Below the pieces are notes generated by a model. It saw only the letters and a list, made by a program, of their open reading frames with translations. It had not been told where the DNA came from and searched no databases. A DNA stretch of 64,000 nt. It comes from Dehalococcoidales bacterium. Its GTDB lineage: Bacteria > Chloroflexota > Dehalococcoidia > Dehalococcoidales > UBA2162. How positions within the stretch are numbered: the first letter of the stretch is position 1; each line of letters begins with the position of its first letter. This document shows positions 44,733 through 53,351 of the stretch, piece after piece. The DNA is taken from contig DAOULV010000019.1 in NCBI GenBank assembly GCA_034416335.1, positions 7,765-71,764 of the forward strand, written 5' to 3'. The translations under genes and the position numbers were made by a program.

Positions 44733-45980
44733 CTATATAGTCCCGGTCCGGGCGAGTTCATCCAGTTCTTCTCCGGTAATACCGAGTTCTTCATACACTT
44801 CTTTGTTGTGCTCACCGATAAGCGGGGCACGGCGATAAAGCCTGGGAGGCGCCACTTCCGTGCCGGAAAAAGAGCCGGGATAGGTGATTGTGTCGTTCAA
44901 CTCTGGATGTTCCAGCTCGACCCAGAAGTTACGGGCTTCAAGCTGCGGACTCGAAATCATGTCCGCCGGAGTGGAGACCGGGTATAACTGGACGCCGTAT
45001 TTAAGCGCGCCGGCAAACAGTTCGGCTTTGGTACGGGAGAGGAAGAATTTAGCCGTGGGCTCTTCGATCCGTGCCAGAACTTCGGGGTCTACATTCATCA
45101 TCCCGAAATTCGCCCAGTCGTAATTCAAGAGAAATTCATCAGCTTCGCCTTCTGCTTCCATCCATTTAACCATCGGCACGTTGGTCCGCAGCGACATCAC
45201 GCCGCCCCAGTAAAACCATGATACGTGCCCGTCTTTACAGGGCCATATCTGCGTCAGTCGTTTTCCCTTTTCATTGGTCGGCATAACCCTTTCCTGGATC
45301 CGGTGTCCCTGGTCCCAGCCCGAGGTTATGTGCTCGGTACACTGAACGATGGCTTCCTGGGTGGAAACATCGACCTGCTGCCCTTCGCCGGTTTCATGAC
45401 GATAATACAGGGCGGTAAGTGCGCCCTGGGCGCCGTCGCAGCCGGCATTCAGATAAGCCTGCGAGTGGTGGCTGAAGTGATATGGAGGACGGTCCGCGTC
45501 GCCGTATCCCGCCATGTTTCCTCCCGTCGCCCAGGCGACTATATCTGAGGTCTTATAGTCACGGTACGGCCCCGTCTGGCCGAAGGGACTGATAGAGACC
45601 ATGATTATCCCCGGATTTATTTTCTCAAGGTCTGAATAACCCAGTCCAAGGCTGTCCATGTAACCCGGTGGAAAGGACTCTATGACGAAATCGGTTGTCT
45701 TGACCAGCTTTCTGAATATATTCCGCCCTTCTTCCTTCTCGATATCGAGGGTAATCCCCCTCTTGCTGGTGTTCAGGGCGAACCAGAAGAGGCTCTTTTC
45801 CAGGTCGACTTCATCGTGATAAAAAGGTCCCAGGTTACGGGCAGCATCACCGCCCGGTTTTTCTATCTTGATAACATCCGCTCCGAGATCTCCGAGTATC
45901 TTACCGCACAACAGCCCTTTTTCATCGGCCAGGTCCAGGACCCGGTAAGGTCCCAGAACACTGTCTGTATTATCCTGCAT
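44733..45980 (-). CDS. Family III CoA-transferase (CaiB/BaiF), second paralog
   Basis: The start is moved to ATG 45980 (AAGGAG RBS), giving MQDNTDSVLGPYRVLDLADEKGLLCGKILGDLGADVIKIE. Confidence 0.9.
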   Translation of the reverse strand: MQDNTDSVLGPYRVLDLADEKGLLCGKILGDLGADVIKIEKPGGDAARNLGPFYHDEVDLEKSLFWFALNTSKRGITLDIEKEEGRNIFRKLVKTTDFVIESFPPGYMDSLGLGYSDLEKINPGIIMVSISPFGQTGPYRDYKTSDIVAWATGGNMAGYGDADRPPYHFSHHSQAYLNAGCDGAQGALTALYYRHETGEGQQVDVSTQEAIVQCTEHITSGWDQGHRIQERVMPTNEKGKRLTQIWPCKDGHVSWFYWGGVMSLRTNVPMVKWMEAEGEADEFLLNYDWANFGMMNVDPEVLARIEEPTAKFFLSRTKAELFAGALKYGVQLYPVSTPADMISSPQLEARNFWVELEHPELNDTITYPGSFSGTEVAPPRLYRRAPLIGEHNKEVYEELGITGEELDELARTGTI

Positions 45981-46085
45981 ACGCTGACTCCTTTCACAGT
46001 TGACCGGTAAACCCTGTCGAAACAAAAGAATACAGAATACCCTGTCTGATGTCAAACCGGATTAATGCAGGTTTTGTTTGTATCT

Positions 46086-46192
46086 GGTTGGTCTTGTTGT
46101 CATTGCGAGGAGTTCGCCGAAGGCGAATGGCAATCTCTATAATCGGACCTGGGGATTGCTTCGTCTCGACTACGTCTAGGACTCGCAATGAC
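46086..46192 (-). repeat. Full R1 element with the same left flank as 25400 but an inverted interior
   Basis: GGTTGGTCTTGTT then GTCATTGCGAG-GA-hairpin-TGGCAATCTCTATAATCGGACCTGGGGATTGCTTCG-hairpin-CTCGCAATGAC. The reverse complement of the interior aligns with 25413..25520. Confidence 0.8.
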
Positions 46193-46290
46193 AACAGGAT
46201 ACAAACAGAATTTTAATATATAGAAATACTCAAACAGGCATAAAAGTGCTAAAATAATCTGTCATACCGGAATGCGGAAGGAAACGGAAT

Positions 46291-46662
46291 ATGCACACCA
46301 CCGGAGTAGATATAATAGAGATTTCGCGTATTACCAGAATGGTAGAACGCTGGGGAAACCGTTTCCTGTACAGAATATACACCGAATCGGAACTCAGCCT
46401 ATGCCGTGAAAGACCGGAAAGACTGGCCTCCAGGTTTGCCGGAAAAGAAGCGGTAATGAAAGCCTTGGGGACCGGGGTAAGAGGTATAAGCTGGAGGGAG
46501 ATTGAGATAATTTCGGAAACCAGCGGCAAACCGGTAGTCAAATTGTATGGAAAAGCCCGGGCAAAAGCCGAAAGCCTGGGTCTCGAAGACCTGGCGATAA
46601 GTCTCTCAGACTCGAAAGAGCACTCCGTAGCTTTCGTGGTAGGCGAAATTAAGCCGAACTAG
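46291..46662 (+). CDS. acpS: Holo-[acyl-carrier-protein] synthase
   Basis: 123 aa. It has GVDIIEISRI and RFAGKEAVMKALGTG. Confidence 0.9.
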   Translation: MHTTGVDIIEISRITRMVERWGNRFLYRIYTESELSLCRERPERLASRFAGKEAVMKALGTGVRGISWREIEIISETSGKPVVKLYGKARAKAESLGLEDLAISLSDSKEHSVAFVVGEIKPN

Positions 46663-46687
46663 ATTCTCCCGTAAACACGATAATTGT

Positions 46688-47227
46688 CTACTTCCAGCAG
46701 CCCCGCAAAAACCTTTTATCGATGGTAATGATTCTATCCGCCACTTCTCTCAAGGGGCGTGATGTTTTCTCCTTGCCGAAGAGCGCGACTTCGATGTTCT
46801 TGCCGTTATCTTTAACCGCCTGGAGAGCTCCTACATAATCGCTGTCGCCAGCGACCAGTACACCTACGTCGTAATTATTCTTAAAACTGTGGGTAAGAAG
46901 ATCGGTTGTCAGCTGGATATCGACTCCTTTTTCATAAGGCGGAGAATTCGGCCAGTTCTGATAGACCAGCCTGCCGAGACGCAGCTCGCAGTACGGAATA
47001 GCACTGACGCTGGCAAAAAACGCCTGCTGGTGGCGATAGCGTTCCGGTTCTTCTCTGCGCCCTACGCTGGCATTATAATAATAAATTCTTACCAGGCGCT
47101 TTTTCTCTATGATCTTTTTAACGAATTTTCCGATATCGACATCGGTCCTGTTGAAGTGTCCTTTCAGAGAATGGTACAGGTTGCTTCCGTCTATAAACAC
47201 CATCACTCTTTCTGATTGAGTCGTCAT
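46688..47227 (-). CDS. NYN domain-containing protein (LabA-like)
   Basis: 179 aa. It has VFIDGSNLYH and VLVAGDSDYVGAL, typical of the LabA/NYN PIN-like fold. Confidence 0.85.
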   Translation of the reverse strand: MTTQSERVMVFIDGSNLYHSLKGHFNRTDVDIGKFVKKIIEKKRLVRIYYYNASVGRREEPERYRHQQAFFASVSAIPYCELRLGRLVYQNWPNSPPYEKGVDIQLTTDLLTHSFKNNYDVGVLVAGDSDYVGALQAVKDNGKNIEVALFGKEKTSRPLREVADRIITIDKRFLRGCWK

Positions 47228-47419
47228 TAGAATACCTGCTTTATAATAATCATTAATTCCCGTTATTTATTATATATCCAAAGTGATAATTGTGCGAGTT
47301 TTATGGAATAATTCGTACGTATTCAGGCAGTAAAAAGCTTCATCTTATACCATATTTTTTTATACATTCCACCTGCACACCGTTGCACAAACTGACTCAA
47401 TATCATCCCAGCCTAAACC

Positions 47420-47449
47420 TTGACATCGGGTCTTTTTCTTTACTAAAAT
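47420..47449 (+). promoter_or_regulatory. Promoter TTGACA-18-TAAAAT for the sRNA/mini-ORF unit
   Basis: -35 is at 47420..47425 and -10 at 47444..47449. Confidence 0.5.
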
Positions 47450-47455
47450 AATATA

Positions 47456-47707
47456 AGGAGCTACATGCTACCACTCGAATTTGCTTCGGGAGGTGTCCCA
47501 TGAGGCTTCATGCTCTACTCGGAGTATGGCAGGTTGATTTTTAATGCCCTGCCTGAGGGCAGGGCGGCCGGAAATCGAGCTTGACTCGTTCGAGTAAGTT
47601 GAGGACCGGTATCGATTTCGATGGTCCATTGCGGTTCTATTTACCGCAGGTGAGTTGAGTTCGAGAGAATTGACTGGAATGGAGGGCATTTAACCGTGCC
47701 CTCCATT
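47456..47707 (+). ncRNA. Candidate structured sRNA of about 250 nt, unclassified, possibly dual-function with two mini-ORFs
   Basis: It has its own promoter and an 11-bp-stem terminator at 47678..47707. Internal perfect hairpins lie at 47488..47499 and 47546..47565. SD-preceded ORFs of 12 and 14 codons lie at 47465..47503 and 47500..47544. Confidence 0.4.
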
Positions 47708-47735
47708 ATTTATACACCTGTCTTTTTTCCTGAAT

Positions 47736-47765
47736 TTGAACACACTCGCACCTACCCGGTATAAT
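47736..47765 (+). promoter_or_regulatory. Putative promoter TTGAAC-18-TATAAT for the DUF1893/AKR/MBL operon
   Basis: -35 is at 47736..47741 and -10 at 47760..47765. It lies downstream of the sRNA terminator. Confidence 0.4.
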
Positions 47766-47798
47766 TTAATTATCCGGACATTCCCTGATAAGAGCTGT

Positions 47799-48206
47799 AT
47801 GATTATGTACGAAAATTTATATGACGATTTCCTCACCAGCAACCACACCCTCAGAGTATATGAAGACGGCAGCCTGCTGTTTTCATCCGAAAAAGACGGA
47901 CTGCTTCCGCTTGTCGAATACCTTAAATCAGGCAGCCGTCCCGAAAGGATAGTTATCTTCGATAATGTAACCGGCAACGCTGCCGCGCTTCTGTCAGCTC
48001 TCGCCGGCTGTACCGAGGTATTCAGCCCGCTGGGAAGCGAGTTAGCTGTCAAAACACTGGAAAAACACTCAATTAATTACCATATCAGCGAAACAGTAGC
48101 CTATATTCAAAAACCGAACAGTGAAGAAATGTGCCCCATGGAGAAACTTTCTCTTGAAAAAGAGCCGGATGAATTTTATAAAGCACTTATGGAGATCTTA
48201 AGTTAG
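47799..48206 (+). CDS. DUF1893 (TM1506-like) domain protein
   Basis: The start is set at ATG 47799 (MIMYENLYDD..). The pattern LRVYEDGSLLFSS..GLLPL..D.V.G.AAALL matches the family from memory. Track ORF uses TTG 47736. Confidence 0.65.
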   Translation: MIMYENLYDDFLTSNHTLRVYEDGSLLFSSEKDGLLPLVEYLKSGSRPERIVIFDNVTGNAAALLSALAGCTEVFSPLGSELAVKTLEKHSINYHISETVAYIQKPNSEEMCPMEKLSLEKEPDEFYKALMEILS

Positions 48207-48210
48207 GAGG

Positions 48211-49257
48211 ATGGATTTGGAAAAGTTAAGACTGGGTAAGACAGAGCTTATGGTAACAAAGGTAGGATTCGGGGGAATTCCTATTCAGAGACTGACCGAA
48301 GACGGAGCGGTCGAAGTGGTACGAAGGTGCATCGATCTCGGTATCAACTACCTAGATACTGCCAACGGTTATACCACCAGCGAGGAAAGAATAGGCAAAG
48401 CTGTCAAGGGGCAGCGGGAAAATCTGATAATCGCCACGAAAACAGGCGCCCGCGACCGTAAAGGAGCAGAAGAGCACCTGGAACTGAGTCTGAAGAGGTT
48501 ACAGACGGATTATATAGACCTTTATCAATTCCATGGCGTCAGTACTGCCGATCATCTGAAAAAGGTGCTGGAAGATGGACCTTATGCAGTTGCGGAAGAA
48601 GCGAAGAAAGCCGGGAAAATCAGGCATATCGCCATTACATCACACTCCAGGGAAATCGCCATGGAAGCGGTAAAAACGGATATGTTCGAATCGTGTATGT
48701 TCCCCTTCAACTTCATCGTGAATGAACCGCTGGACGACCTTATACCGCTGTGCCGCGAGCACGACGTTGGATTTATCGCGATGAAACCGATGGCCGGAGG
48801 AATGCTGGAAAATGCGACCATCGCCTTCAAGTATCTGTTTACCATCCCGGATATTGTGCCGCTTGTCGGTATCGAGAAGGTCGAAGAGATAGAAGAAATC
48901 GTCGGACTGGTCGAAGGGCCACAGGAGATGACGGAAGCCGAGAAAGCCGATATGCAGAGACTTATCGATGAACTCGGGACCAGGTTCTGCCGTCGTTGCG
49001 ATTACTGCCAGCCCTGTACCGTGGGAATTCCGATTTCACTGGTAATGACAAGTCGCAGTTTCTTCAAGCGAATGCCGCCGGAGAGATTCTTCGGGGGTAT
49101 GGTGGACGGCGCCATGGAAAAAGCTTCCGAATGTACCGAATGCGGCGAGTGCGAAACACGATGCCCGTACAATCTGCCCATCAGGGAAATGCTTGCCGAA
49201 CACGTAAAATGGTTCTTCGACGAGAAAGAAAAATACGAAACACAGGCAGCAGCATAG
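48211..49257 (+). CDS. Aldo/keto reductase with a C-terminal Fe-S (ferredoxin-like) cysteine domain
   Basis: 348 aa. It has the AKR core (GFGGIPIQR, LDTANGY, DLYQFH) plus C-terminal CRRCDYCQPC..CTECGECETRCP. Confidence 0.85.
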   Translation: MDLEKLRLGKTELMVTKVGFGGIPIQRLTEDGAVEVVRRCIDLGINYLDTANGYTTSEERIGKAVKGQRENLIIATKTGARDRKGAEEHLELSLKRLQTDYIDLYQFHGVSTADHLKKVLEDGPYAVAEEAKKAGKIRHIAITSHSREIAMEAVKTDMFESCMFPFNFIVNEPLDDLIPLCREHDVGFIAMKPMAGGMLENATIAFKYLFTIPDIVPLVGIEKVEEIEEIVGLVEGPQEMTEAEKADMQRLIDELGTRFCRRCDYCQPCTVGIPISLVMTSRSFFKRMPPERFFGGMVDGAMEKASECTECGECETRCPYNLPIREMLAEHVKWFFDEKEKYETQAAA

Positions 49258-49331
49258 AGAAATAATCCTGTCGTCCGTGATACAATACGCTTTCCAGACC
49301 CGATACTTAGAGGTATGAAAGGAGTCCTGAT

Positions 49332-50144
49332 ATGCAGAAGGTTACCGATAATGTATACGTGGAAACCGGGTTCGGCGGCAGCAACAATACCTTCGTCGTG
49401 ACCGGTGAAGGTATTGTTATGATAGACACTCCCCAGTCGCCCGACGACGCTGCGAAGTGGCAGGAAGAAATAGCCAAACATGGCACGGTAAAATACATCA
49501 TAAACTCGGAACCGCACGGCGACCATTTTACCGGTAATTACTTCTTCGAAGGCACCGTGGTAGGCCACGAGGGCGTAAGAAAAGCGGTACTGGCTGCCGA
49601 TCCCGACCAGCTCAGACAGCAGATGAAGCAGATGGCGCCCGATGCGGCTCCTATACCGGATGACTTCTGCTATAGACCTCCGGAAATAACCTTTTCGCAG
49701 AAACTTTCCCTTCATCTCGGTAACCACACCTTCGAACTCACCAACCTGCCGGGACATACTCCCTACCAGACAGCAGTCTACATACCTGAGGAAAAGGTTG
49801 TCTGCACATCCGATAACGTTGTCAACAACGTGCAGCCTTTCCTTCACCAGGCGGTGCCGTATGACTGGCTGGAATCGCTGAAGCGTTATCAGGAATACGA
49901 TGCCAACTATCTGGTACCCGGGCACGGCGAAGTCTGCACGCCGGATTACCTGCCGGAAATGAGTAAAATGGTTCAGGCATGGATAGACGCCGCGAAAGAA
50001 GCCATCGAAAAGGGAATGACCGTCGAGCAGGTCCAGGAAGACACCTCTTTACTGGAAAAACACGGTATCAGTGTAGGAAACGAACCGTTTGCCAGACGTG
50101 TAGTGGGCATCAGTATGACGCGGCTGCTTGAAGTACTGAAATAA
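49332..50144 (+). CDS. MBL-fold metallo-hydrolase
   Basis: 270 aa. It has the NSEPHGDHFTGN metal motif and LPGHTP. Confidence 0.8.
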   Translation: MQKVTDNVYVETGFGGSNNTFVVTGEGIVMIDTPQSPDDAAKWQEEIAKHGTVKYIINSEPHGDHFTGNYFFEGTVVGHEGVRKAVLAADPDQLRQQMKQMAPDAAPIPDDFCYRPPEITFSQKLSLHLGNHTFELTNLPGHTPYQTAVYIPEEKVVCTSDNVVNNVQPFLHQAVPYDWLESLKRYQEYDANYLVPGHGEVCTPDYLPEMSKMVQAWIDAAKEAIEKGMTVEQVQEDTSLLEKHGISVGNEPFARRVVGISMTRLLEVLK

Positions 50145-50230
50145 AAACTTTAAGCCGGAACAGGCCATTCATTCCGTTTCGATGGTGAATTTCAGGAAAT
50201 CAAGCAGTATATAACCATTTAAAAAGATAA

Positions 50231-50872
50231 TTACGGGTTGAAAATCCCGGCGAAGAATCCCGCTACAATACCGCCGACCTCTTCCTCATATCCGAAGAGA
50301 GTGTGGTCTCCGCCGGCTATAATACGGTACTGTCCCGGACCGGACCCTTTCTCCATCTGCTTCCTGAACAGGTCCATCGGTACCATATCGTCGTTTTCCC
50401 CGACAACTACCAGGTGAGGTTTTTCGTACCTGCCCAGCCTTTCCCAGTTGTCTCCGGACAGCGGCGCCGATGCCAGTGCCAGGCAGCGGACACGCTCTTC
50501 CCTGAGTGCGACAGGTACCGACATCATAGCGCCGAACGAATACCCCGCCAGACCGACTCTGGCTGTATCGATACCATCGGTCGAGAAGGCCAGTTCAACG
50601 GCTGCTTTTACGTCGTCTCTCTCGCCGATACCGTCGTTAAAACTGCCTTCACTCTGCCCCACTCCCCTGAAATTGAACCTCAGGGCGGCTATACCTTTAG
50701 AAGCCAGCGCCTGCCATATCGCGGTAACGATGCTGTTTTGCATCGTCCCGCCCATCGGAGGAAAAGGATGAGCGACAACCACGGCCGGGAAAGGTTTTTC
50801 GACGTCGGGAATAAGCCACTCCCCTTCCAGGGTAATATCGCCGCAGGAAAATTTAGCCGGGGTTTGTATCAT
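50231..50872 (-). CDS. Alpha/beta hydrolase (short, dienelactone-hydrolase-like)
   Basis: 213 aa. It has the nucleophile elbow GYSFGA and C-terminal GGDHTLF. Confidence 0.75.
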   Translation of the reverse strand: MIQTPAKFSCGDITLEGEWLIPDVEKPFPAVVVAHPFPPMGGTMQNSIVTAIWQALASKGIAALRFNFRGVGQSEGSFNDGIGERDDVKAAVELAFSTDGIDTARVGLAGYSFGAMMSVPVALREERVRCLALASAPLSGDNWERLGRYEKPHLVVVGENDDMVPMDLFRKQMEKGSGPGQYRIIAGGDHTLFGYEEEVGGIVAGFFAGIFNP

Positions 50873-52244
50873 TCTTTTGTTTGCTTTCCGTATCGGACTG
50901 TCTTTTCGGGAGGTTAAATCTCGTCTTCGACTGCCACCAGTTCTTCAAACGGGCGACAACCTGTTTCTCATAGCCCTGTTCGCCCGGAGAGTAGTACTGC
51001 GTGCCCTGGAGAGAATCCGGCAGGTTCTGCTGTTCGACAAAGTTATCCGGATAATCGTGGGCATACTTGTACCCTTCACCGTAGCCCATTTGTTTCATCA
51101 GCGGAGTAACGGCGTTGCGGAGATGCATAGGTACTGCTTCCAGCGCGCCTTTCTTGATTTCTTCCTGGACACGACTGTAGGCTTCATAAAGAGAGTTACT
51201 CTTGGGAGCCGTCGCCAGGTACACGGTAGCCTCGGCAAGAGCAAGATTTCCCTCCGGCATACCGATAAAGTGTACCGCCTGCTGGGCGGCCATGGCGATT
51301 ACCAGTGCCTGCGGGTCTGCCATCCCCACGTCCTCGGAGGCAAATCGGACCAGCCGCCTTGCCACGTACAAAGGGTCCTCTCCGGCTTCCAGCATCCTTC
51401 CCAGCCAGTAAAGGGAAGCATCCGGGTCGGAACCACGCATCGATTTATGCAGCGCGCTTATCAGGTCGTAGTGCTGGTCACCTTTTTTATCGTAACGCAG
51501 GACGGGATGCTGCGCCGCGTCCTCTATCGTAGCCAGGGGAACTTTGCGCCTGCCTTCCTCGTCGGGAGGAGTACTCATAACCGCCAGTTCAAGGGCGTTC
51601 AGAGCAACCCGTGCGTCGCCCTTGGCCATGTTAATGAGATGGTCTATCGCTTCCGGTGCGATTACGACTTTTATTGAACCGAGTCCCTTCAACCTGTCCT
51701 TCAACGCCCGCATTATAATAACACGGATTTCGTCCTCGACGAGGGGGTTAAGAGTTAGTACCTGGGCGCGGGAAAGAAGGGGTGAAGTAACCTCGAAAGA
51801 CGGGTTTTCGGTGGTTGCCCCGATTAACGTTACGGTTCCGTCTTCCACGAAAGGAAGGATTGCGTCCTGCTGCGTCTTGTTAAAACGGTGAATCTCATCG
51901 ATAAACAGTATCGTATGCTGTCCGGAACTCCGGCGGCGTTCCCTGGCCTCTTCGATAACACGGCGTAACTCGGCCACACCGGCGCTTACGGCGCTGACCA
52001 TGGCAAAATAGGCGTCGGTAACGTTGGCGATAACGTTAGCCAGCGTGGTCTTGCCGCTTCCCGGGGGGCCCCACAGGACGATGGAAGGTATTCTTCCAGC
52101 TTCTATCGCCTTCCTGAGAACCCTCCCTTCGCCTATAATGTGTTCCTGGCCTACGAATTCATTGAAAGTAGTCGGTCTCATGCGGGTAGCAAGCGGTGCC
52201 TGCTGCCCCCTCTGTTCCTCTATCTGGCGTTCGAACATATCCAT
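50853..52244 (-). CDS. rarA: Replication-associated recombination protein A (AAA+ ATPase)
   Basis: 463 aa. It has Walker A GPPGSGKTT, Walker B LFIDEIHRFNK, and the MgsA C-terminal YAHDYP motif. It overlaps the hydrolase gene by 20 nt. Confidence 0.9.
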   Translation of the reverse strand: MDMFERQIEEQRGQQAPLATRMRPTTFNEFVGQEHIIGEGRVLRKAIEAGRIPSIVLWGPPGSGKTTLANVIANVTDAYFAMVSAVSAGVAELRRVIEEARERRRSSGQHTILFIDEIHRFNKTQQDAILPFVEDGTVTLIGATTENPSFEVTSPLLSRAQVLTLNPLVEDEIRVIIMRALKDRLKGLGSIKVVIAPEAIDHLINMAKGDARVALNALELAVMSTPPDEEGRRKVPLATIEDAAQHPVLRYDKKGDQHYDLISALHKSMRGSDPDASLYWLGRMLEAGEDPLYVARRLVRFASEDVGMADPQALVIAMAAQQAVHFIGMPEGNLALAEATVYLATAPKSNSLYEAYSRVQEEIKKGALEAVPMHLRNAVTPLMKQMGYGEGYKYAHDYPDNFVEQQNLPDSLQGTQYYSPGEQGYEKQVVARLKNWWQSKTRFNLPKRQSDTESKQKNDTNPG

Positions 52245-52354
52245 TGCTGCACACCCCCTGACTGAGCCACACCATATAATAGCACCGGGATGAAGGATTA
52301 TCTACCTATATTTTATCCTATTTACCCGGACTTTTCAGGAACGAACGGCTTTAT

Positions 52355-52924
52355 TCAACCTATTATTATCTCGCTTAGCGGTCGTTTCGGCACATGGTGA
52401 ACTCCGTTTTCGTCCCTGTAGTAGGCTATATCACCACCGGGCGCGGCGTTCTCAATCACTACTTCTTCTTTTGGCTTCCCCAGAGATATCACCAGGAGTA
52501 TTTCATAACGCGACGGGATGCCGAATAGTTCCATTACGGCTTCTTTCTTCACTCCTCCGTGCATGCAGCCTGCCAGGCCTGCTTCCCGGGCGCCAAGCAG
52601 TATGCTCTGTGCTGCGATACCGTGATCGCACCACGGATTCTTGCTTATCTCCGTGTCCAGCAGAATGATAATATATGCCGCCGGTCTTTCACCCTCGACC
52701 GGGCCCGGCCAGTTTGTCAACCTTCCGGCAAATCCCAATTGAGGGAACATCGCGGCGTTCTTTTCCGGGTCATTACACAGCATGTATTTCAGAGGCTGGT
52801 TGTTCGCAGCGGATGCGGAACACCTCGCCAGGTCAACCAGCTCTTCGAGTGTTTTTCGCTCTATCGGCACGTCCTGATAAAATCTCCTGCAGGTCCTGTT
52901 CTGTACTATCAGCTCTTTAATCAT
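52355..52924 (-). CDS. Nitroreductase family protein
   Basis: 189 aa. It has RTCRRF..P and RCSASAANNQP motifs. Confidence 0.85.
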   Translation of the reverse strand: MIKELIVQNRTCRRFYQDVPIERKTLEELVDLARCSASAANNQPLKYMLCNDPEKNAAMFPQLGFAGRLTNWPGPVEGERPAAYIIILLDTEISKNPWCDHGIAAQSILLGAREAGLAGCMHGGVKKEAVMELFGIPSRYEILLVISLGKPKEEVVIENAAPGGDIAYYRDENGVHHVPKRPLSEIIIG

Positions 52925-53024
52925 TTCTCTTCTCCAATATTTTAACCCGATGTGTCTTTGTATTATATATGAACCGCGAATTTAAGAGAAATCCCGTTCC
53001 CTATTGCGAATGACAGATGAGAGA

Positions 53025-53122
53025 GTCATTGCGAGTCTGCCGCAGGCGGACGAAGCAATCCCCAGGTTCGATAATAGAGATTACCACGCCGTCCCGATTT
53101 CATCGGAACTCCTCGTAATGAC
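53025..53122 (+). repeat. Full R1 element
   Basis: GTCATTGCGAG-TC-TGCCGCAGGCGGA-CGAAGCAATCC-CCAGGTTCGATAATAGAGATTACCACG-hairpin-CTCGTAATGAC. Confidence 0.8.
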
Positions 53123-53132
53123 AAAGATGGAA

Positions 53133-53188
53133 GTCATTGCGGGTTTCGCCACCAACCCGCCTGAAGTTCGCCGAGGCAAATGGCAATT
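53133..53188 (+). repeat. Degenerate R1 half-unit
   Basis: GTCATTGCGGG..GTTCGCCGAGGCAAATGGCAATTG. Confidence 0.5.
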
Positions 53189-53351
53189 GATACAAATCTA
53201 CCTTATCACTTCCCCCGGCTTCCTTTCCTCATTGGTAGAAGAATATAGTAAAATTCATTGATTCTCTAAAGGAATCTGTGTATATAATATAGGGGCTCAA
53301 ATTTCAATCCCTGCAGAATTCTCCCGCGTGGAAAGGAAGTGAAAACGGCTG

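Noticed and set aside
47468-47689. 73-aa minus-strand ORF across the sRNA candidate.
   Set aside because: It has no promoter or RBS on that strand and an Ser/Arg/Asn-rich sequence. The plus-strand promoter, hairpins and terminator explain the region better.
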